Assembly (NCBI RefSeq): GCF_006345805.1
Contig: NW_021834183.1
Span: 1 to 49,767 of the forward strand
Origin: Octopus sinensis
Lineage: Eukaryota
Reading direction: 5' to 3'
DNA length: 49,767 nucleotides
Under the pieces are notes generated by a model. It was not told the origin of the DNA and did no database searches. It saw nothing but the letters and a program-made list of their open reading frames with translations. Shown here one piece after another: positions 10,652-21,551 of the stretch. Within the stretch, counting starts at the first letter, position 1; each line of letters starts with the position of its first letter. The position numbers were made by a program, and so were the translations under genes.

Positions 10652-11310
10652 GTTTTACGATAAAATTCAACAGACGCATTTAAATATGCGAAAAATTAAA
10701 TCAATGGCGATTAACATTGAATAACGTTTTTCATCTAAAGAATGTGATTAGAGAATTACAACAGAACATTAATGGGAATCATGATTCTTTAGAACTGCGA
10801 CATTATTTTTAAACTCGACATTTTTTGATTTTACAATCAATTACCTTTATAATAACCACAAATAATTTAGTGAGACCATTTACTACATTTTAAATACAAT
10901 TTATTGATCAAAGAGTATTTATAGCAATCTTTCAAGGTAACTCGCTTGCTATCCGCGGTGTGGCCACTGGCGAATCCTAATTTCGATAAACACACTTCAA
11001 TAAAACAGAACCTACATCAGTATAAATTACAATTTTTAAATTACGAAATAGTTTGTAGACGATATTTATCACGTGATTTTGAAATTAATGAAATAATCTC
11101 GAAAAGCTCATATTTTTCTTATTTTATTAGATAATAGTTCCTACCATTTGATCAGGCTCTGATGACCTTTGAATGAAATTAAAACATTGAGTTATATTTA
11201 CACAGAAATATGTTTATGCTATTTTATAAGTGCATATTTACAAATCCATCTAGTTGCTGAAAATTTTAAATGTTAGCAAACATTATATTAGATTAGATTT
11301 AAACAATTAA

Positions 11311-12551
11311 TTAATTTTCAAACTGATTTTTGAGACGACGAACACAGAAATCTTTAGAAAAGTTTTCATGCAAATTTTTTGTTCTACGACTCGATTCCAA
11401 ATAGTTTGTCCAGCATGCATTAAGTATATCATCGACAGTAATATTATCCACGTTATGTCCAATCATTCTGATTATAAAGAATCCATCATTTTTTAGATAT
11501 TTCGAGACAAAGTCCGAGACATTGGTCTTCTCCTTGCCTGTTATTTTTACATATTTAGTGACATATGACAGTCTTGCAGGAAAATAGAGAAAATAGTAGA
11601 TCCAATTGAAAAAATAGTAGCACGAGTATATCCCAGCTAAACAATAGAAAAACCAAACAAGGAGGAATATTTTTTCCAAAAATAAATTTACTTGGAGCAC
11701 ACATTGCAGTGTGTATCTGTATTCCTGGTTTACTTCTCGTATTGTGAAGTCGCAATATGTCACTCGAGGAAAGTAAGATGACTCGTTAAGTTCTCTGCCA
11801 TGGAAATACTCGTTAATCAGAACGGGCCCGTATGTTTGAAATTGAAAACCCAAGAAAACGTTAAACAGAACAAGCTGGAGAAAAATATTTGCAAGAAACA
11901 GTAGTTTGGTGACGAAGTAGGCAATGGTTAAATAGTTCCCCTTTCGACGTCCTCCAATCATCATAACCGTTTTTATAAAATACAAAATGTAGGTGAGGAT
12001 AGAGACTGGAGGGTCACGATCGGTCACATAGTCGTTGATTTCACTGGAAACCGATTTGGCAAGACGTGTTTTGTCTGCAACTTTAACTGAATCTCTCGCC
12101 TTGATGCATGTTTCTATTATCTTTGAAAGATTTATTCCAGAATTAGAAGAATAGGTACGCCAAATAACAATTGGGACATAGAAAAGGAATGCCATGAACA
12201 TGAATATAAATTGAATCCATTGATAGTAAGGAAGAGTTGTTTTCTGCTGCTCGGCATTCGACTCAGGAAGTCTTTTTCCTAGTGGGGCGAAATAGGTGCC
12301 TTTCACCCAACAAATCGAGTGGGCGTAATCCGTGTAGGCGGCTAAAAATATATAAATAACTACAAACATGTGAATATAGGAGGACACCAGCATTGAATCG
12401 GAGTTCCAACATAGTTACGTGTCAAAATAATCAAGCCAAATGCAAATAATAATGTAGCACCATATCGGTAACTCAGTCTATCGGCTCGGTCGTCATCTTT
12501 TCTTGACTTTGAGTCGACAACAGCTCTCGAGAAAAAACGTACAAACTGCAT
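11311..12551 (-). CDS. inx: Innexin (gap junction protein), 2 exons, about 404 aa
   Basis: DDDRADRLSYRY, YVGTPIQCWCPP, CWVKGTY, YYQWI, FPRVTYCDF, CVLQVNLFLEKIF motifs; the 26-nt intron 12342-12367 joins ORFs 12360-12551 and 11311-12393. Confidence 0.95.
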
Positions 12552-13130
12552 TCTTAGAGATTAATGAAACTAAATATCCTATTTAATATCTATTTGAATC
12601 TTCAATATTAGCCGATTTTTGATAATCCGACCATTTTCCGAGTCCATTAATTATAATTACAACAATTTCTATATAATATTAAAGGTTTTCAGTAACATAT
12701 ATCTCTTTCATTTTAAAAATTTTCCTCATTTTTTATGAGAGTTTTTCCATAAAAAACAAGTTTAAGAAAAGTCTTTAATAACAAAAATACCAATACAATT
12801 AATTAAAACATAACTAACGACAGATCTCAAGCGTACGAAATTTTGCGAAACAATTGTCAGTTCACAGGTGACAAAGATCAAACGACAACGAAATCTTAAA
12901 ATAAGAGATCTTAAAACGAAATCTTAAAATATAATAAAAATGTAATTTAGAGTTAAGATGAACATATAGTGTCTTTGGTGTTACAATATGTTTTTTAATT
13001 AAACAAAAATAATTTTCGTTAAATTTAGATTAACGAATTTTTTTTTATAAAGTACTAAAAATCCTGAAAAAATCAATTTTTAAGGAAAATTTTATTAACG
13101 AAAACGATTTTTTGAATTCTCACTCATGAG

Positions 13131-14264
13131 TAGGGCGAACTAAGTTAAAAAAGTTAAAATTTAATAATAGTAAATAAATAATAATTTGAATGATTTTTTA
13201 ACTATATTTTATTATAAATAAATGCATATTGATGCCAAAACCCAAGTGTTCGTTGCTTAAGAAAGCCAAGCGTATAGTCTCAGAATTCAAAGATGAGTTC
13301 TGTATTGCTGACGATGGCCTTCTATTTTGTTCTCTTTGTTTATCCAAAGTCAATTGTGCAAAAAAATTTTCAGTCGATTTTCATCGTTCTTCTTTAAAAC
13401 ATCAGAACAATATGCGTATAAATGTAATACAATTGTAGGTCATTCATGTGATTCAGTTCAAACAACATTAACTGAATCAATCAAAGTAGATTCGGTTAAA
13501 GAAACGGTCACGGAAGCTTTTGTACAAGCAAACATCCCGCTATACAAATTAAAAAATGATTCGATCAAAAAAATGTTTAAAACATTTAACATTAACACTC
13601 CGTCCGAATTTTCATGCAGAACTACGGTTAAATTTCTTGCACAAAAAAAGATAAATGAGTTGACAAAATTATTAACGTATTAAAGTTTATTTTTTAACTT
13701 TTAGAAACGAAAAGATTTTTATAATGATTGATGAAACAGATATCCGAAGGAAAAGTTTTGTAGTGATTCTAATTGGAAGCATTCGCTTTCCAACAAAATC
13801 CTATTTGGTTGAATGCAAACCACTGGAAAATCATGCCAATGCTGCTATCATCTGCCAAATAATAGATGACGTCATTAGAGAAATGAAGATTATTTGTGAC
13901 AATTTTTATCTGTTAATCTCAGATGCCGCTCCTTATATGATTTCTGGTGATATAAAAGTATCTAAATAAATAGGCGGTAAAACTTTAATGGTCATGTATA
14001 ACAACATGCATCATGTGACTTGTGTTTCTCATTTGTTACACAATACGGTTTTACGTATAAAGTCTGCATATCCGGAAATAGATGGCTTAATTGCAAGCAT
14101 TAAAGCTGCCACAGTAAAAAACCGAAGACGTCGTAATTTGTTCAAGGATGTTGAATACCCACCTGATGTCGTAATTACTAGGTATTCTTTTTCTTAATTT
14201 ATGCAGATGGGGAAGTTGGTTTAAAGCAGCGAAATATTATTTCACGAATTTTGAAAAAATATAC
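13131..14264 (+). mobile_element. hAT-related (CGGBP-like) transposase with mini-introns, 3'-truncated
   Basis: TAGGG-type end at 13131; ATG 13232; N-terminal zinc finger LFCSLC...H...KH; IDET, SDAAPYM, HVTCVSHLLH, PPDVVITRWGSW motifs; introns 13416-13438, 13677-13704, 13947-13973, 14182-14206. Confidence 0.8.
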
Positions 14265-15438
14265 TGACTGACTGACTTTGCCTCCCCTCTCCCCGACAGG
14301 CTCTTCAGTTGTTTCCAGAAGTCCGGAAAGCGCGGGTCCACTCTTTGGCAGGCCCGCTCCCACCGTGAACTTTCGTGTTCACGGATTTCCCTCCGGATCT
14401 CCCTCTGAAGCCGGCTGATCCAGCCGCAAAACCAGACACGGTTCTCCTGGTAGACGCATTTGTCCCGCAGTCTGGACAGCCGGCGCTTGAATCTAATTTT
14501 ATTTAGCACCCTGTACGGGAGCGTGGAATGTGCCTGGCCCTGTACTGGGTTCTGTTTGAAATTATCTCGCATATAATCAGACAGGGCAGCATTGATTCCA
14601 TTATCTAACGCCTCCAACTCTCGTATGTTGGCGCAGGTATTCCCCACCAGGAGTGAGGGCAACCTGCTGGCCATGAACCTCTCCAGGTTGGCCCAGGAAC
14701 CGGACCGGAGGTCAAAGTATCCTGGGGCCCTTTGAGGAACTGGCTCACGGAGTTCGTGCAATAGAGGCAGATGGTCGCTCCCATATCAGGCAATAAGATT
14801 GTGTTACTAACCCAATTTAGCATCCCGGGGCTGACCAGAGCAAGGCCTAGCCAGTCTTGTCCTCCCCGCGAATCGATGTGGTTTGGCTCGCTTGAAGATC
14901 TGATTTCCAACCCGAGGTCTTCAACCAGCGTCTTTAGAGCCAAACCATGCGCGTTGGTTACCCTGAAACCGAGCTCTTGGTGCTTGGCATTCAGGTCCCC
15001 AACGACCATCGCCTTCGGATGCTTTCCAAAGAACTCCCGTACGTGCCAAGAACACGCCGTAAAGTTCTTCGAATACATCGCCCCTAGGTAAAATGTTAAA
15101 TTACCTATGCGAATCCTCACTTGGAGGAATTCACATAGGCTACAAGAACATAAACCTGAGCTCCGGAGAGCAAGGTACGGCTTGTAGAAGAGGCTAGTTC
15201 CAGTGCCACATGTTGACCCCTGTTTCCAGGGTATGTGACAGCAGTTGTAGCCATCAACTACGTACCGATCCTGCTTTAACTTTGTTTCGTTGACCACCAG
15301 GATGTCCGCACTAGTGGTGGCCAACATCCTCCGAATCGCGTCTCCTTTGCCTGACAAGGAGCGCGCGTTCACCGATATGATGTTGAGCTGGATGAGTGTG
15401 CCTGAGCCCAGTGGGAGCAGGTCATTGGTTGCGAACAT
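14265..15438 (-). mobile_element. LINE ORF2 N-terminal block: apurinic-like endonuclease plus linker, 3'-truncated
   Basis: SVNARSL, DILVVNETKL, VVGDLNAKH, and SDH (in frame in the B' copy); GC-rich relative to flanks; 1-nt frameshift near 14783. Confidence 0.88.
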
Positions 15439-15854
15439 CTCATGAGCTGATGCTCAGCGAATAGAAAAGCTAAATAGAACAAAAATTAAAAAGGGGAATT
15501 TTAGTTAACTTAAATTAACCCCAGAAGCGACAAAAATTATAAATTTTCTAAAATATTCGCATCATATTTAAATTTAAAAATAGATGTACATTTTCTCTTT
15601 AAAACGCGAGATTTTTACTGATTCTCTAACTAAACATAATTATAAACCGATTCAAAAAAGTAAACTATTAGAAAAAAATTAATTTTTCAAAAGATATAAC
15701 TCTACTTTACTCTATAAATATACTTTTTGTTTTTTCTAGAATATTTCTTACCGATTAAAAAAGCAATCGTAGTATTTCACCATCGTTTTTTAGTTAGTAT
15801 ATTTATGAAATTGCTAATTTTTTATCAATGTATTTTATTAAAAAAATTAATAAT

Positions 15855-16163
15855 TTATCCACCAAATCCATAAATTGTCCTACCTTGACGTTTCAAGGCA
15901 TTAACAACGTCCATTGCGATAACAGTTTTTCTTTTGGCATGTTCAGTGTAAGAAATACAATCACGAACAGTTTGCTCAATAAAAATTTTAAGGACAGAAC
16001 GTGTCTCCTCGTAAATTTTTCCAGAAATTCTTCGAACACCTCCTCTTCGACATAGTCTTCTTATTGCTGGCTTAGTAATTCCTTGTATATTGTCAATTAA
16101 TATCTTTCGAAATCGTTTTGCACCACTCTTTCCTCCTTTGCCACCTTTACCACGTCCAGACAT
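15855..16163 (-). CDS. H4: Histone H4, highly divergent
   Basis: 102-aa [13 protein letters not shown]...[14 protein letters not shown]...TIYGFGG. Confidence 0.97.
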   Translation of the reverse strand: MSGRGKGGKGGKSGAKRFRKILIDNIQGITKPAIRRLCRRGGVRRISGKIYEETRSVLKIFIEQTVRDCISYTEHAKRKTVIAMDVVNALKRQGRTIYGFGG

Positions 16164-16177
16164 TATTCTTAAGGAGG

Positions 16178-17235
16178 AAAAATTTATTAGTTAAGGGAGG
16201 CAGTTAAAAACTAACTAAGTAGACCTTCGGCATCGCTGCCTTTTCAGTCTCCATCACACACACGCCTCCCTACACACAACCACAAGTTAAGACTTACCGC
16301 CTTACCTGCCATCCAGAAATAATCTTCTCTAGGACCTCAGAGAGGCCTTTGAGGGATGATTCCTGGGCGTCGGAGAGCTCAGTCCGGAATCCTAAGCCAT
16401 AGGCTAGCCTTATGGCTCGTCTTCTTACTTTTTTAAGCACGTCAACATGCTTATCCCTGTCCTCATAGAGGTACCAAGCGTGGACGCCATAGGTCAAGAC
16501 GGGTAACACCATGGCGTTAAACACGCGGAACCAGGCACCTCTGCTCAAGCGGAAAGCACGCAACGCACCTAATCGCTGCATTGCACGCATTTTCGTACGT
16601 GCAATGTGATCATCAAACTTACCGGACGGCTTAAAGAGCACGCCCAAATAAGTCATCCGATCAACTGCAGCGATTGCTGACCCCTCAGCAATAACCTAGG
16701 AACAAAATTAGTGTAACCCCTCGTCCTTTTACAGGCTTTAAGGACACTGCACTTGTCCGCGCACATTCTCAGACCCCTACTCCCACACCAGTTTGCAAGT
16801 CCATCCACAGCAACCTGAAGCCTACGACACGCACACTCCGGTTTCATTGAGTGATCCCAGAGGATAATGTCGTCTGCATAGATTACCATTTCAGTACGAG
16901 CATTGACTGGCATAGGCGCAGTGGCCATAAACACATTGAATAGTGTCGGACTGAGCACAGAGCCCTGAGGGACCCCGCGAAGGACTGTTGCGACTTTAGA
17001 AAAGACCCCCTGATGCCGCACGACCTGTCTGCGAGATTCAAGAAACCCCGACAGCCAGCGCCTTAGACACGGAGAAACCCCGCACGTGGCAAGGGAACTC
17101 CGGAGGCCGTCGTGCCACACCGAGTCGAAGGCCTTTTCAATGTCGAGACTAACTAAAATACCGCATTCCCTTTTCTGGAGGGCGCTCTTCATACTAGACG
17201 ACACCTTGTGAAGGCAGTCCCCGCATGAGCGGCCC
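16178..17235 (-). mobile_element. Jockey/I-group LINE 3' block: RT core, C-terminus and 3' UTR
   Basis: GRSCGD...LDIEKAFDSVWHDGL, GVPQGSVLSPTLF, YADD, YLGV motifs; one 1-nt frameshift near 16683; ends AATAAATTTTT on the minus strand. Confidence 0.92.
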
Positions 17236-17936
17236 TTGTGAAGACAGTCAACTTTGAGACCGATACGTAGACAGATACCAACTCGCAGTGTGTCAGAATC
17301 CAAGAGAGTCCCCAAGCTTTCGATCGGGAAGGCTTCTAACCATTCTCCACTCCCCGTGGACCTCCCGGCAAGCAAGCATGCTCTACGGTGTTGATTCGAT
17401 GTCTTTAGGAGACTCTCGAACCAACCTTCGCACACAATCTTGTCATAACTCTTCTGCAAGGAGAAGTCCGACGGCAGCTTCGATTCGTTTGCGCTCCAAC
17501 TGTCAAAGTAGGCAGTCATCTTAGGTAATGAAGATTCGGGGAGGAGATGGAGAATCTTCCAAACCAGAGTTTGACTGCTGTACAGTGAAGGCAGGAATGC
17601 GGGGCGGGACACATCGATAGGAGTTCGGATGCCAAGACCTCCAAAGGAGACAGGAAGGGAAGCTTGTTTCCAGCCTTGATCGTCGAATTTGATGTTTATG
17701 ATGCGTTCGGTTGTTTTCCGGAAAAGGACATTAATAGAATGAAGTTGATCATTTTCTAAGAAGCAGGGTGACCCTCGTAGCACATGATTTAATTTTTGGA
17801 TGCCAAGGGCATTTTTGAGCAAGAAGAAGGCTGTATGTGGGTCCAACAAATTAAGACGAACAAAAATCTTTTCCAGTAGCATTTCCTTAGTTTCAAGAGC
17901 GTCCTTGATTCCACCATCTGTCAATGGGCAAGAGAG
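17236..17936 (-). mobile_element. CRE-clade-like non-LTR element, post-RT region, fused in frame to the Jockey-type RT
   Basis: QASLPVSFGGLGIR, AFLPSL, SGEWLEAFPIESLGTLL, LRVGICLRIGL motifs typical of CRE-like REL-endonuclease elements. Confidence 0.72.
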
Positions 17937-17940
17937 ATAG

Positions 17941-18110
17941 GTAATATATTATGCAATTTGGTAATTTACTAAAAGTGAGGTGGGTGTAGTTGAGATTATA
18001 TAATGAATTGTGTAATATATTATGCAATTTAGGGAGGTCCCGAATTGTTACGATATAGGAGTACTTAAAATTATGTAATAAATTGCGTAATATATTATGC
18101 AATTTTGGGA
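17941..18110 (+). repeat. Degenerate tandem repeat, about 71-75-bp period, 3 cores
   Basis: Core GTAATATATTATGCAATTT at 17941, 18012 and 18087. Confidence 0.8.
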
Positions 18111-18189
18111 AGTTCCTAAATGTTAAGATATGTGGGTAATTTTTTTTACAACTTTATGAATAGTGAATGGAAGTGAAAAGATAGCTAAG

Positions 18190-18340
18190 CTAATTACTGG
18201 CCTCACGAGACACCCGGCCAGCCTCTCGAATGGCGAAGCCGTTCCCTCGGATCACAGCAATCGACAGAATAAAAAGAGTTAACTCAGAAAGCTATTATTT
18301 CATCTGGCGGATTTATGATTCGAAAGACTACAGAAACTCC
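18190..18340 (-). mobile_element. CRE-like ORF C-terminal remnant
   Basis: Translation ILSIAVIRGNGFAIREAG...* resembles the terminal SIAxQRGNA motif of CRE-like elements. Confidence 0.5.
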
Positions 18341-18857
18341 TAAACCAACTTCTTAACTCTAAATTAATTATTTGAATAATGCACTGTTATTTTGTAATGT
18401 TGTTTTCGAAGTAAATTAGATCAACGGTTAAGTTAAGTTCCTTTAACCTATTTCGAAATAATTTCAAATACAATTTACACGTTTAAAAGTAATTTTAGAT
18501 AAAATATCACAATACTGTGTTATTTTATCATTGGCAAAATATTTTACCTGTCCAATATAATTTACTTATTATGCTAAATTATCCCAAAAAATAGTAAATA
18601 TATACAGTGAACAAAAATAAAAACTGAAAAAGCATTTTCTCACGAATTTACTATGAAAAAATATCTAAAAATAACTTCTATTGATTTAAAACATTAAATA
18701 AAGTATTTTTTAGTTTTTTAAAAAAATATTATATTTTGTGACATGGGTAATCAGGCCCCTATAGGCAACCTGTTCTTTACGTGTTACTGTGGCAACTACT
18801 TAACAAATTAATACTAAAAAATTTTTTAAAACAAGTCAAACACTAATAAATTAATAG

Positions 18858-19620
18858 TTAATCAGAAACTAAGCAGATCTCACTCCAGCTCGCTGATATC
18901 CACCAGCTGATATCTCCTTCTCTGGAAGAAGAGCCTACTTCCAGCTGCCTTTTACTCCTCATTACCACATCTGATTTAACCATTGCATCCTCTTTAGAAT
19001 TCATTGGGTCGTCTTCATTTTTGCATGCCATCTCCACATACCGGTTGCAAGCAGAAGCGTAATCTTCACCAGATACCTTCATTCCGCGCTTGTGTTCGAT
19101 CATCATACTCTCGAGCGTTCTTTTCAGTAAAACGGATTGGATGTATGTCCTCGTTCCTGCCTCAATAGATAGTTTTTTCATTTATTTAAAGACCAAACAC
19201 GGGTAAGCCAGTTAATTATTATAATCCCCCTGGTCCCCGATTCAAGCGAGGGAGATCCTACTGAAAGGTTCGATCCTGCCCACATGAACCGGCCTGAGAC
19301 GACGATGTCCCAGGGTCAGAGTTCTAGAAATCCTTTTTCGGTAGGCATTAAGTGCCTCCTGAGCGTTTCCATATCCGATTGGAAATTCCAACTGACATGG
19401 TGGACCCCATAACGCCACGCTAAGACCGGAAGGAAGGTAAGAGATCCCCATTTCCAACTGTGTCGTGCCAGAAGTACTCGTTGCCTCACGGGCAGGGGAA
19501 CGATAACGAGAATTGACCCCAGGATGAAACTAGCCTCCTTCGGAATCGAACTCACGACTGTCCAAATCCATTATCCATAGCTTAGTCTTCAGCCAAGATA
19601 GTTTCTTCATATAATTTTTG
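18858..19620 (-). pseudogene. Cargo ORF(s) of unknown function inside the Ginger-like element
   Basis: ORF 18858-19181 (MKKLSIEAGTRTYIQSVLLKRTLESMMIEHK...) plus disrupted upstream frames sharing EMGI and LT(W)D with ORF 40076-40315. Confidence 0.55.
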
Positions 19621-19719
19621 AAGCATTTTGAATTAATACTAATAACTTTAAAAACTAATTAATAGATATTTAATAGTTATTTTTTTAAACGCCACATCAA
19701 CACCGATTTTTTCTCACTA

Positions 19720-21030
19720 TTTGAAAATTCGACCTAACCATGAATTTCGACCTATACCTCTACGCGTGAATTGGACAAAATTGTGCGTATTTCACTAGTA
19801 TCGGAATACTTGGATTCGAATTTATCCAACATTAAAGCTGGATTCGTCCCGTAATCCTTTGCAATCCGAACCTTAATAAGATTCAAAAACAATTTACAAC
19901 TTTGTCCCCTATGGCATAATTGTATTTACTACAATGCACGCCCATTTTCCTATTTATCCTCTTGTAGTATTGATCATCTCCACCGATCGGATGTATTTAG
20001 AAATTAAAAGATGTTTCTGCTGACGATTCTTGAGGTTACTTAAAATATGCCACCTTCTACAGATTCGATGATCGGTAACAGATTTGTTCCTAGAATTTCT
20101 CGATAACGCTTGAATGAGGTCTCATTCGAAAATGAATGCATCGTTGTATTGTAGCAATACACCGAATATCTGAGAATGGAGACCCATTTATTTTCATTAG
20201 GATACTTCAACTTCGATAGTGATCTCGTAATTGTCTGATTAAAGCGTTCGACTATACCTTACAAAATAATGTATTCCATAAGGTAACCTGTGATCTAGGG
20301 TTATTAGGTCTGCCGTGTATATGTTGAAATTTGAACTTTTCGAAGAGAACCCGAATGTCAATATTTTTGAATTCTGTCCTATTGTCGGATTGTAGAATCT
20401 GACAGGGACCATTCAGATAAAATAGGGACTCGAGATTTTTTGAAACCTCGACTCATGAGTCATGACTTATTCATTAGTGGCCTAGCAAAAGCAAAACTAT
20501 GATAATTATAATCATAAAACCGACTATAGACGTCAATAACGGATAAAATCCATTTGTATTCTCCGTTAACGTTTTCAAACCTTTTCAGATCAATATGATC
20601 AATTTGAAACCGCTTATTAGGAGCAAAAGCAAAAACATGTTAGTTTCATCCACGGTCTAAATTATTACTAAAACAGACTTAACTTTAAGTGGAAGAGAAA
20701 GACATCGCAATCTAATATGACTTTTCTTATGACCTCACTTTTCACGATAAAGTAATGCCTGCGACAGAGAAATTCAATTTTGTTGAGGCCTCCGTGAGAC
20801 ATCAAGTGTAGAGAACGAGCATGGATCTCCATCTCTGCTAGACAGTCCAAAGGAATTGGTAATTTTTCAATTTCCCCTTTCAAATAAAGTCTTTAAATTA
20901 AAGTCTTTAATTAATACTTATCAATTTTTTAACAAAAATTTGAAGCTTTTTTGGCCAACCGGCGTTTGCTTCGGGCATTCATATCCTCCGGGAATATCCC
21001 GATTAACGCTTCCTTAATTTGATTGTATTC
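19720..21030 (-). pseudogene. Retroviral-type (rve) DDE integrase/transposase, degenerate, with mini-introns
   Basis: HHCC region HLMSHGG...VILDC; core RFQIDHID...WILSVIDVYSRF, QSDNRTEF, HGRPNNPRSQ/GIVERFNQT, YNTTMHS; C-terminal GDKVRIAKD restored by a 29-nt GT-AG intron. Confidence 0.82.
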
Positions 21031-21119
21031 GTTAATATGGGTAAGCCATTTTTAAAAGATAATTCAAATGCAATTTTAATTAGAATAATTGATTAATCTA
21101 CACTCTTCCATATATAAGT

Positions 21120-21420
21120 GGTATTTCTTATTGCTTGAGCTGTTACTGATTTCCCTTCTTTTTCTGTAAATGTTTTGGTAAATTTAAAACAGTTAAAATT
21201 GACATCCAATTTTCAAGCATCTTTAATTTAAAATATTTCTTGACGATTGAGCAACGATGGTCGACCAGACCCGACTTTTTTGTCCGTCGAGCACTTATTT
21301 AAATAGCTTCTGATAATTTGCGATATCGTGCCGAGCAATCATTAAGTGATATCTTGTATATCTCTGTATTTTTTTCCAGATTTATACATGGCAATTATGC
21401 TGCCCTTTTCTTTAGATGTT
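21120..21420 (-). mobile_element. Tc1-like transposase N-terminal (HTH) fragment
   Basis: KGSIIAMYKSGKKYRDI...KKVGSGRPSLL with stops; GRP motif. Confidence 0.6.
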
Positions 21421-21551
21421 CAATGATTGCCTATGTAGAGAGATTAGAAATGATTGAATTTGAACGAATTAATAAAAATAAACCTTTTCTTTGATATATT
21501 TAAGTAATTTGAATTTGTTCAGCATTTTTGTGGTTTTAAATTTCCGATATA

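Larger units (their letters stand above)
1..11159 (+). repeat. Segment A: 11.2-kb direct repeat, first copy (second copy 38572-49767)
   Basis: Position 1 (tagaaatgtcatttc) recurs at 38572; the window end (atcaggctc, 49767) matches 11151-11159; the ORF tracks are duplicated at offsets of about 38600-38608. Confidence 0.97.
11271..20980 (+). repeat. Segment B: 9.7-kb segmental duplication, first copy (second copy 27104-36799)
   Basis: Identity starts at tgttagcaaac (11271/27104) and ends at ttcgggcattc (20980/36799). Confidence 0.96.
18737..21117 (-). mobile_element. Ginger-like integrase transposon with cargo ORF; one terminus missing
   Basis: TGTGACATGGG end at 18737 homologous to the TIR at 7757; internal integrase remnant; homology to the small copy stops near 21117 where a Tc1 fragment begins. 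Confidence 0.78.

Noticed and set aside
13123-15446. CTCATGAG at 13123-13130 and 15439-15446 as an 8-bp TSD of a composite hAT element
   Set aside because: No matching right TIR next to the second copy; the sequence to its left is LINE coding DNA. Likely chance.
19720-21030. Maverick/Polinton or endogenous virus (integrase, histones, innexin resembling viral cargo)
   Set aside because: No protein-primed polymerase, capsid or ATPase; ends are TGT...ACA with a 5-bp TSD; innexin has a host-type intron.
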